NCBI GenBank assembly: GCA_964016885.1
Contig: OZ024742.1
Location: 372,062,001-372,126,000 of the forward strand
From: Eledone cirrhosa
Taxonomy: Eukaryota
Direction of reading: 5' to 3'
DNA: 64,000 bases
Shown here: piece by piece, positions 51,301 to 64,000 of the stretch
How positions within the stretch are numbered: position 1 is the first letter of the stretch
Layout: each line of letters opens with the position of its first letter
Notes under the pieces: model-generated
What the model saw: only the letters and a program-made list of their open reading frames with translations
Database searches by the model: none
What the model was told of the DNA's origin: nothing
Translations under genes and position numbers: made by a program

Positions 51301-54300
51301 CAGTAATATATATACACTAGGAATACAGTAATATATACACTAGGAATACAGTAATATATATACACTAGAAATACAGTAATATATATACACTAGAAATACA
51401 GTAATATATATACACTAGAAATACAGTAATATATATACACTAGAAATCCAGTAATATATATACACTAGAAATACAGTAATATATATATACACTAGAAATA
51501 CAGTAATATATATATACACTAGGAATACAGTAATATATATACACTAGAAATACAGTAATATATATACACTAGGAATACAGTAATATATATACACTAGGAA
51601 TACAGATATATATATATACACTAGGAATACAGTAATATATATATATACTAGGAATACAGTAATATATATACACTAGAAATACAGTAATATATATACACGA
51701 GAAATACAGTAATATATACACTAGAAATACAGTAATATATATACACTAGGAATACAGTAATATATACACTAGAAATACAGTAATATATATACACTAGAGA
51801 TACAGTAATATATATACACTAGAAATACAGTAATACATACACTAGAAATACAGTAATATATACACTCGAAATACAGTAATATATACACTAGAAATACAGT
51901 AATATATATACACTAGAAATACAGTAATATATATACACTAGAAATACAGTAATATATATACACTAGAAATACAATAATATATACACTAGAAATACAGTAA
52001 TATATACACTAGAAATACAGTAATATATACACTAGAAATACAGTAATATATACACTAGAAATACAGTAATATATATACACTTGAAATACAGTAATATATA
52101 TACACTAGAAGTACAGTAATATATATACACTAGAAATACAGTAATATATACACTAGAAATACAGTAATATATACACTAGAAATACAGTAATATATATACA
52201 CTTGAAATACAGTAATATATATACACTAGAAGTACAGTAATATATATACACTAGAAATACAGCAATATATACACTAGAAATACAGTAATATATATACACT
52301 AGAAATACGGTCATATATATATACTAGAAATACAGTAATATATATATACACTAGAAATACAGTAATATATACACTAGTAATACAGTAATATATATACACT
52401 AGGAATACAGTAATATATATACACTAGGAATACAGTAATATATATACACTAGAAATGCAGTAATATATATACACTAGAAATACAGTAATATATATACACT
52501 AGGAATACAGTAATATATATACACTAGGAATACAGTAATATATATTCACTAGGAATACAGTAATATATATACACTAGGAATACAGTAATATATATACACT
52601 AGAAATACAGTAATATATATACACTAGAAATACAGTAATATAATACACTAGGAATACAGTAATATATATACATGGGAAATACAGTAATATATACACTAGA
52701 AATACAGTAATATATATACACTAGAAATACAGTAATATATATACACTAGAGATACAGTAATATATACACTAGATATACAGTAATATATACACTAGATATA
52801 CAGTAATATATACACTAGGAATACAGTAATATATATACACTAGAAATACAGTAATATATAGACTAGAAATACAATAATATATACACTAGAAATACAGTAA
52901 TATATACACTAGAAATACAATAATATATACACTTGAAATACAGTAATATATACACTAGGAAGAGAGTAATATATATATATACTAGAAATACAGTAATATA
53001 TATACACGAGAAATACAGTAATATATACACTAGAAATACAGTAACATATATACACTCGAAATACAGTAATATATACACTATAAACACAGTAATATATATA
53101 CACTAGAAATACAGTAATATATATACACGAGAAATACAGTAATATATATACACTAGATATACAGTAATATATATATATACTAGAAATACAGTAATATATA
53201 TACACTAGAAATACAGTAATATATACAATAGAAAAACAGTAATATATACAGTAGGAATACAGTAATATATATACACTAGAAATACAGTAATATATATACA
53301 CTAGAAATACAGTAATATATATACACTAGAAATACAGTAATATATACACTAGGAATACAGTAATATATATACACTAGGAATACAGTAAAATACATACACT
53401 AGGAATACAGTAATATATATACACTAGAAATACAGTAATATATATACACTAGGAATACGGTAATATATACACTAGATATACAGTAATATATATACACTAG
53501 GAATACAGTAATATATATACACTAGGAATACAGTAATATATATAGACTAGGAATACAGATATATATATACACTAGGAATACAGTAATATATATACACTAG
53601 AAATACAGTAATATATATAGATGAGAAATACAGTAATATATACACTAGAAATACAGTAATATATACACTAGAAATACAGTAATATATATACACTAGAAAT
53701 ACATTAAGATATATACACTAGAAATACAGTAATATATATACACTAGAAATACAGTAATATATATACACTAGAAATACAGTAATATATACACTAGGAATAC
53801 AGTAATATATATACACTAGGAATACAGTAAAATATATACACTTGGAATACAGTAATATATATACACTAGAAATACAGTAATATATATACACTAGGAATAC
53901 AGTAATATATACACTAGAAATACAGTAATATATATACACTAGAAATACAGTAATATATAGACTAGAAATACAATAATATATACACTAGAAATACAGTAAT
54001 ATATACACTAGAAATACAGTAATATATACACTAGAAATACAATAATATATACACTAGAAATACAGTATTATATACACTAGGAAGAGAGTAATATATATAT
54101 ATACTAGAAATACAGTAATATATATACACTAGAAATACAGTAATATATATACACGAGAAATACAGTAATATATACACTAGAAATCCAGTAATATATATAC
54201 ACTAGATATACAGTAATATATATATATACTAGAAATACAGTAATATATATACACTAGAAATACAGTAATATATACAGTAGAAAAACAGTAATATATACAG

Positions 54301-57300
54301 TAGGAATACAGTAATATATATACACTAGAAATACAGTAATATATACACTAGGAATACAGTAATATATTTACACTAGAAATACAGTAATATATATACACTA
54401 GAAATACAGTAATATATATACACTAGAAATACAGTAATATATATACACTAGAAATACAGTAATATATATACACTAGAAATACAGTAATATATATACACTA
54501 GAAATCCAGTAATATATATACACTAGAAATACAGTAATATATATATACACTTAAAATACAGTAATATATATATACGCTAGGAATACAGTAATATATATAC
54601 ACTAGAAATACAGTAATATATATACACTAGGAATACAGTAATATATATACACTAGGAATACAGATATATATATACACTAGGAATACAGTAATATATATAT
54701 ATACTAGGAATACAGTAATATATATACACTAGAAATACAGTAATATATATACACGAGAAATACAGTAATATATACACTAGAAATACAGTAATATATATAC
54801 ACTAGGAATACAGTAATATATACACTAGAAATACAGTAATATATATACACTAGAGATACAGTAATATATATACACTAGAAATACAGTAATACATATACAC
54901 TAGAAATACAGTAATATATACACTAGAAATACAGTAATATATATACACTAGAAATATGGTAATATATATACACTAGAAGTACAGTAATATATATACACTA
55001 GAAATACAGTAATATATACACTAGAAATACAGTAATATATACACTAGAAATACAGTAATATATATACACTTGAAATACAGTAATATATATACACTAGAAG
55101 TACAGTAATATATATACACTAGAAATACAGTAATATATATGCACTAGAAATACAGTCATATATATATACTAGAAATACAGTAATATATATATACACTAGA
55201 AATACAGTAATATATACACTAGGAATACAGTAATATATATACACTAGGAATACAGTAATATATATACACTAGGAATACAGTAATATATATACACTAGAAA
55301 TGCAGTAATATATATACACTAGAAATACAGTAATATATATACACTAGGAATACAGTAATATATATACACTAGGAATACAGTAATATATATACACTAGGAA
55401 TACAGTAATATATATACACTAGGAATACAGTAATATATATACACTAGAAATACAGTAATATATATACACTAGAAATACAGTAATATAATACACTAGGAAT
55501 ACAGTAATATATATACATGGGAAATACAGTAATATATACACTAGAAATACAGTAATATATGTACACTAGAAATACAGTAATATATATACACTAGAGATAC
55601 AGTAATATATACACTAGATATACAGTAATATATACACTAGATATACAGTAATATATACACTAGGAATACAGTAATATATATACACTAGAAATACAGTAAT
55701 ATATATACACTAGGAATACAGTAATATATATACACTAGGAATACAGTAATATATATACACTAGAAATACAGTAATATATATACACTAGAAATACAGTAAT
55801 ATATATACACTAGAAATACAGTAATATATATACACTAGAAATACAGTAATATATATATACACTAGAAATACAGTAATATATACACTAGGAATACAGTAAT
55901 ATATATACACTAGGAATACAGTAATATATATACACTAGGAATACAGTAATATATATACACTAGAAATACAGTAATATATATACGCTAGAAATACAGTAAT
56001 ATATATACACGAGAAATACAGTAATATATATACACTAGAAATACAGTAATATATATATACACTAGAAATACAGTAATATATACACTAGAAATACAGATAT
56101 ATATATAGACTAGGAATACAGTAATATATATACACTAGGAATACAGTAATATATATACACTAGAAATACAGTAATATATATACACTAGAAATACAGTAAT
56201 ATATATACACTAGAAATACAGTAATATATACACTAGGAATACAGTAATATATATACACTAGGAATACAGTAAAATATATACACTAGGAATACAGTAATAT
56301 ATATACACTAGAAATACAGTAATATATATACACTAGGAATACGGTAATATATACACTAGAAATACAGTAATATATATACACTAGAAATACAGTAATATAT
56401 AGACTAGAAATACAATAATATATACACTAGAAATACAGTAATATATACACTAGAAATACAGTAATATATACACTAGAAATACAATAATATATACACTAGA
56501 AATACAGTAATATATACACTAGGAATACAGTAATATATATATATACTAGAAATACAGTAATATATATACACTAGTAATACAGTAATATATATATACACTA
56601 GAAATACAGTAATATATACACTAGAAACACAGTAATATATATACACTAGAAATACAGTAATATATATACACGAGAAATACAGTAATATATACACTAGAAA
56701 TACAGTAATATATATACACTAGAAATACAGTAATATATATACACGAGAAATACAGTAATATATACACTAGAAATACAGTAATATATATACACTAGATATA
56801 CAGTAATATATATACACTAGGAATACAGTAACATATATACACTAGAAATTCAGTAATATATATATATACTAGAAATACAGTAATATATATACACTAGAAA
56901 TACAGTGATATATATACACTAGAAATACAGTAATATATACAGTAGAAAATCAGTAATATATTCACTAGGAATACAGTAATATATATACACTAGAAATACA
57001 GTAATATATATACACTAGAAATACAGTAATATATATACACTAGAAATCCAGTAATATATATACACACTAGAAATACAGTAATATATATACACTAGAGATA
57101 CAGTAATATATACACTAGAAATACAGTAATATATATACACTAGAAATACAGTAATATATATACACTAGGAATACAGTAATATATATACACTAGAAATACA
57201 GTAATATATATACACTTGGAATACAGTAATATATATACACTAGAAATACAGTAATATATATACACTAGGAATAAAGTAATATATAGACTAGAAATACAGT

Positions 57301-60000
57301 AATATATATACACTAGGAATACAGTAATATATATACACTAGGAATACAGTAATATATATACACTAGAAATACAGTAATATATATACACTAGGAATACAGT
57401 AATATATATACACTAGAAATACAGTAATATATATATATACTAGAAATACAGTAATATATATACACTAGAAATACAGTAATATATATACACTAGAAATACA
57501 GTAATATATACAGTAGAAAATCAGTAATATATACACTAGGAATACAGTAATATATATACACTAGAAATACAGTAATATATATACACTAGAAATCCAGTAA
57601 TATATATACACTAGAAACACAGTAATATATACACTAGGAATACAGTAATATATATATACACTAGAAATCCAGTAATATATATACACACTAGAAATACAGT
57701 AATATATATACACTAGAGATACAGTAATATATACACTAGAAATACAGTAATATATATACACTAGAAATACAGTAATATATATACACTAGAAATACAGTAA
57801 TTTATATATACACTAGAAATACAGTAATATATATACACTAGGAATACAGTAATATATATACACTAGGAATACAGTAATATATATACACTAGGAATACAGT
57901 AATATATATACACTAGAAATACAGTAATATATATACACTAGGAATACAGTAATATATATACACTAGAAATACAGTAATATATATACACGAGAAATACAGT
58001 AATATATACACTAGAAATACAGTAATATATATACACTAGGAATACAGTAATATATACACTAGAAATACAGTAATATATATACACTAGAGATACAGTAATA
58101 TATATACACTAGAAATACAGTAATACATACACTAGAAATACAGTAATATATACACTCGAAATACAGTAATATATACACTAGAAATACAGTAATATATATA
58201 CACTAGAAATACAGTAATATATATACACTAGAAATACAGTAATATATATACACTAGAAATACAATAATATATACACTAGAAATACAGTAAGATATACACT
58301 AGAAATACAGTAATATATATACACTTGAAATACAGTAATATATATACACTAGAAGTACAGTAATATATATACACTAGAAATACAGTAATATATACACTAG
58401 AAATACAGTAATATATACACTAGAAATACAGTAATATATATACACTTGAAATACAGTAATATATATACACTAGAAGTACAGTAATATATATACACTAGAA
58501 ATACAGCAATATATACACTAGAAATACAGTAATATATATACACTAGAAATACAGTCATATATATATACTAGAAATACAGTAATATATATATACACTAGAA
58601 ATACAGTAATATATACACTAGGAATACAGTAATATATATACACTAGGAATACAGTAATATATATACACTAGGAATACAGTAATATATATACACTAGAAAT
58701 GCAGTAATATATATACACTAGAAATACAGTAATATATATACACTAGGAATACAGTAATATATATACACTAGGAATACAGTAATATATATACACTAGGAAT
58801 ACAGTAATATATATACACTAGGAATACAGTAATATATATACACTAGAAATACAGTAATATATATACACTAGAAATACAGTAATATAATACACTAGGAATA
58901 CAGTAATATATATACATGGGAAATACAGTAATATATACACTAGAAATACAGTAATATATATACACTAGAAATACAGTAATATATACACTATAAACACAGT
59001 AATATATATACACTAGAAATACAGTAATATATATACACGAGAAATACAGTAATATATACACTAGAAATCCAGTAATATATATACACTAGATATACAGTAA
59101 TATATATATATACTAGAAATACAGTAATATATATACACTAGAAATACAGTAATATATACAGTAGAAAAACAGTAATATATACAGTAGGAATACAGTAATA
59201 TATATACACTAGAAATACAGTAATATATACACTAGGAATACAGTAATATATTTACACTAGAAATACAGTAATATATATACACTAGAAATACAGTAATATA
59301 TATACACTAGAAATACAGTAATATATATACACTAGAAATACAGTAATATATATACACTAGAAATACAGTAATATATATACACTAGAAATCCAGTAATATA
59401 TATACAGTAGAAATACAGTAATATATATATACACTAGAAATACAGTAATATATATATACGCTAGGAATACAGTAATATATATACACTAGAAATACAGTAA
59501 TATATATACACTAGGAATACAGTAATATATATACACTAGGAATACAGATATATATATACACTAGGAATACAGTAATATATATATATACTAGGAATACAGT
59601 AATATATATACACTAGAAATACAGTAATATATATACACGAGAAATACAGTAATATATACACTAGAAATACAGTAATATATATACACTAGGAATACAGTAA
59701 TATATACACTAGAAATACAGTAATATATATACACTAGAGATACAGTAATATATACACTAGAAATACAGTAATACATACACTAGAAATACAGTAATATTTA
59801 TACACTTGAAATACAGTAATATATACACTAGAAATACAGTAATATATATACACTAGAAATACAGTAATATATATACACTAGAAATACAGTAATATATACA
59901 CACTAGAAATACAATAATATATACACTAGAAATACAGTAATATATACACTAGAAATACAGTAATATATATACACTTGAAATACAGTAATATATATACACT
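42400..60000. repeat. Irregular ~2.3-3.4 kb higher-order repeat of the right domain, including a clean 2469-bp tandem duplication (~46.8-49.27 and ~49.27-51.75 kb)
   Basis: GGAAGAG marker at 42949, 45550, 48507, 50976, 52958 and 54080. CATGG marker at 45090, 47426, 49895, 52671, 55516 and 58915. Both 48507/50976 and 47426/49895 are offset by 2469, matching the ORF pair 48458/50927. Confidence 0.88.
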
Positions 60001-63000
60001 AGAAGTACAGTAATATATATACACTAGAAATACAGTAATATATACACTAGAAATACAGTAATATATATACACTAGAAGTACAGTAATATATATACACTAG
60101 AAATACAGCAATATATACACTAGAAATACAGTAATATATATACACTTGAAATACAGTAATATATATACACTAGAAATACAGTAATATATATACACTAGAA
60201 ATACAGTAATATATACACACTAGAAATACAATAATATATACACTAGAAATACAGTAATATATATACACTTGAAATACAGTAATATATACACTAGAAATAC
60301 AGTCATATATACACTAGATATACAGTAATATATACACTAGATATACAGTAATATATACACTAGGAATACAGTAATATATATACACTAGAAATACAGTAAT
60401 ATATATACACTAGGAATACAGTAATATATATACACTAGGAATACAGTAATATATATACACTAGAAATACGGTAATATATATACACTAGAAATACAGTAAT
60501 ATATATACACTAGAAATACAGTAATATATATACACTAGAAATACAGTAATATATATATACACTAGAAATACAGTAATATATACACTAGGAATACAGTAAT
60601 ATATATACACTAGGAATACAGTAATATATATACACTAGGAATACAGTAATATATATACACTAGAAATGCAGTAATATATATACACTAGGAATACAGTAAT
60701 ATATATACACTAGCAATACAGTAATATATATACACTAGAAATACAGTAATATATATACACTAGGAATACAATAATATATATACACTAGAAATACTGTAAG
60801 ATATATAAACTAGAAATACAGTAAATATATACACTAGAAATACAGTAATATATACACACCAGAAATACAGTAATATATATACACTAGGAATACAGTTATA
60901 TATATACACTAGGAATACAGTAATATATATACACTAGAAATACAGCAATATATATACACGAGAAATACAGTAATATATACACTAGAAATACAGTAATATA
61001 TATACACTAGGAATACAGTAATATATACACTAGAAATACAGTAATATATATACACTAGAGATACAGTAATATATATACACTAGAAATACAGTAATATATA
61101 CACTAGAAATACAGTAATATATACACTAGAAATATAGTAATATATATACACTAGGAATACAGTAATATATATACACTAGAAATACAGTAATATATATACA
61201 CTGGAAATACAGTAATATATATACCCTAGAAATACAGTAATATATATACACTAGAAGTACAGTAATATATATACCCTAGAAATACAGTAATATATATACA
61301 CTAGAAATACAGTAATATATACACTAGAAATACAGTAATATATATACACTAGAAATACAGTAATATATACACTAGGAATACAGTAATATATATACACTAG
61401 AAATACAGTAATATATATAGATGAGAAATACAGTAATATATATACACTAGAAATACAGTAATATATACACTAGAAATACAGTAATATATATACACTAGAA
61501 ATACAGTAATATATATACACTAGGAATACAGTAATATATATACACTAGAAATACAGTAATATATATACACTTGGAATACAGTAATATATATACACTAGAA
61601 ATACAGTAATATATATACACTAGGAATAAAGTAATATATAGACTAGAAATACAGTAATATATATACACTAGGAATACAGTAATATATATACACTAGGAAT
61701 ACAGTAATATATATACACTAGAAATACAGTAATATATATACACTAGGAATACAGTAATATATATACACTAGAAATACAGTAATATATATATATACTAGAA
61801 ATACAGTAATATATATACACTAGAAATACAGTAATATATATACACTAGAAATACAGTAATATATATACACTAGAAATACAATAATATATATACACTAGAA
61901 ATCCAGTAATATATATACACACTAGAAATACAGTAATATATATACACTAGAAATACAGTAATATATACAGTAGAAAATCAGTAATATATACACTAGGAAT
62001 ACAGTAATATATATACACTAGAAATACAGTAATATATATACACTAGAAATCCAGTAATATATATACACTAGAAATCCAGTAATATATATACACACTAGAA
62101 ATACAGTAATATATATACACTAGAGATACAGTAATATATACACTAGAAATACAGTAATATATATACACTAGAAATACAGTAATATATATACACTAGGAAT
62201 ACAGTAATATATATACACTAGAAATACAGTAATATATATACACTTGGAATACAGTAATATATATACATTAGAAATACAGTAATATATATACACTAGGAAT
62301 AAAGTAATATATAGACTAGAAATACAATAATATATATACACTAGGAATACAGTAATATATATACACTAGGAATACAGTAATATATATACACTAGAAATAC
62401 AGTAATATATATACACTAGAAATACAGTAATATATATACACTAGAAATACAGTAATATATACACTAGGAATACAGTAATATATATACACTAGGAATACAG
62501 TAAAATATATACACTAGGAATACAGTAATATATATACACTAGAAATACAGTAATATATATACACTAGGAATACGGTAATATATACACTAGAAATACAGTA
62601 ATATATATACACTAGAATTACAGTAATATATAGACTAGAAATACAATAATATATACACTAGAAATACAGTAATATATACACTAGAAATACAGTAATATAT
62701 ACACTAGAAATACAATAATATATACACTAGAAATACAGTAATATATACACTAGGAATACAGTAATATATATATATACTAGAAATACAGTAATATATATAC
62801 ACTAGTAATACAGTAATATATATATACACTAGAAATACAGTAATATATACACTAGAAACACAGTAATATATATACACTAGAAATACAGTAATATATATAC
62901 ACGAGAAATACAGTAATATATACACTAGAAATACAGTAATATATATACACTAGAAATACAGTAATATATTCACTATAAACACAGTAATATATATACACTA

Positions 63001-64000
63001 GAAATACAGTAATATATATACACGAGAAATACAGTAATATATACACTAGAAATACAGTAATATATATACACTAGATATACAGTAATATATATACACTAGG
63101 AATACAGTAACATATATACACTAGAAATTCAGTAATATATATATATACTAGAAATACAGTAATATATATACACTAGAAATACAGTAATATATATACACTA
63201 GAAATACAGTAATATATACAGTAGAAAATCAGTAATATATACACTAGGAATACAGTAATATATATACACTAGAAATACAGTAATATATATACATTAGAAA
63301 TACAGTAATATATATACACTAGAAATCCAGTAATATATATACACACTAGAAATACAGTAATATATATACACTAGAGATACAGTAATATATACACTAGAAA
63401 TACAGTAATATATATACACTAGAAATACAGTAATATATATACACTAGGAATACAGTAATATATATACACTAGAAATACAGTAATATATTCACTATAAACA
63501 CAGTAATATATATACACTTGGAATACAGTAATATATATACACTAGAAATCCAGTAATATATATACACTAGAAATCCAGTAATATATATACACACTAGAAA
63601 TACAGTAATATATATACACTAGAGATACAGTAATATATATACACTAGAAACATAGTAATATATATACACTAGAAATACAGTAATATATATACACTAGAAA
63701 TACAATAATATATACACTAGAAATACAATAATATATACACTAGAAATACAGTAATATATACACTAGAAATACAGTAATATATATACACTTGAAATACAGT
63801 AATATATATACACTAGAAGTACAGTAATATATATACACTAGAAATACAGTAATATATACACTAGAAATACAGTAATATATACACTAGAAATACAGTAATA
63901 TATATACACTTGAAATACAGTAATATATATACACTAGAAGTACAGTAATATATATACACTAGAAATACAGCAATATATACACTAGAAATACAGTAGTATA

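Larger units (their letters stand above)
1..64000. repeat. Tandem satellite DNA array, 25-bp consensus monomer TACAGTAATATATATACACTAGAAA (about 2,600 monomers estimated as length/25), extending beyond both window edges
   Basis: TACAG recurs at 1, 26, 51, 76 and onward through the window. Variants are CTAGGAA for CTAGAAA, TA-tract length changes (23/25/27/29 bp) and scattered point variants. No non-repeat interval or orientation switch was seen. Confidence 0.99.

Noticed and set aside
1485-63046. All 25 minus-strand ORFs in the track (62-130 aa, YIYYCISSVYITVFLV-type low-complexity peptides, longest 52909..53301)
   Set aside because: They are translations of the satellite. The minus strand has one TAG (in CTAG) per monomer, and 25-bp units shift frame, so chance runs of 23/27-bp or CTAG-mutant monomers skip stops. 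There is no gene context. They are useful only as duplication markers.
1-64000. CRISPR array (25-bp repeat length, partial palindromy)
   Set aside because: Repeats are directly adjacent with no unique spacers, no leader and no cas genes.
1-64000. Telomerase-made telomeric repeat (23-25 bp units occur in some budding yeasts; the minus strand contains GTGTA)
   Set aside because: There is no G-rich strand and the array is at least 64 kb. Variants are propagated in kb-scale blocks, which indicates recombinational amplification rather than templated addition.
1-64000. TATA-box/promoter-like motifs (TATATA, occasional TATAAA)
   Set aside because: They are an inevitable product of the (TA)n tract in every monomer, with no downstream gene.
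1-64000. Information-bearing code in the A/G dimorphism and 23/25/27 length states
   Set aside because: The recurring patterns are explained by block duplication history. Nothing suggests a reading mechanism.
1-64000. Intrinsic DNA curvature or nucleosome phasing from the GAAA tract (six monomers is about 146-150 bp)
   Set aside because: The A-tracts are only 3 bp, and 25 bp is about 2.4 helical turns, so they are out of phase. I saw no hexamer periodicity among the variants.
1-64000. Transposon insertion or strand inversion within the array
   Set aside because: I looked for the reverse-complement monomer (TTTCTAGTGTATATATATTACTGTA) and for foreign sequence on the plus strand and saw neither.

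Overview
The whole 64 kb window is one uninterrupted, head-to-tail, single-orientation AT-rich tandem satellite array. The consensus monomer is 25 bp, TACAGTAATATATATACACTAGAAA (13 A, 7 T, 3 C, 2 G; 20% GC). Common variants are a CTAGAAA/CTAGGAA dimorphism and 23/27/29-bp length variants from slippage in the internal (TA)n tract. I see no gene, RNA gene, mobile element, CRISPR array, inversion or unique sequence. All ORFs in the track are artefacts of translating the minus strand of the repeat. The real information is in rare monomer variants, which act as markers. They show nested higher-order duplications (74 bp, 370 bp, ~1 kb, ~2.3-2.5 kb, ~4.9 kb and a dispersed copy ~7.5 kb away). They also show two sub-domains with different diagnostic variants (left ~0.8-35 kb, right ~40-64 kb), separated by a more degenerate zone, and a weak hint of CpG deamination. 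The array is probably eukaryotic heterochromatic satellite, but I cannot identify the organism or satellite family. I cannot support a novel coding system here. Duplication boundaries were read by eye and are approximate.
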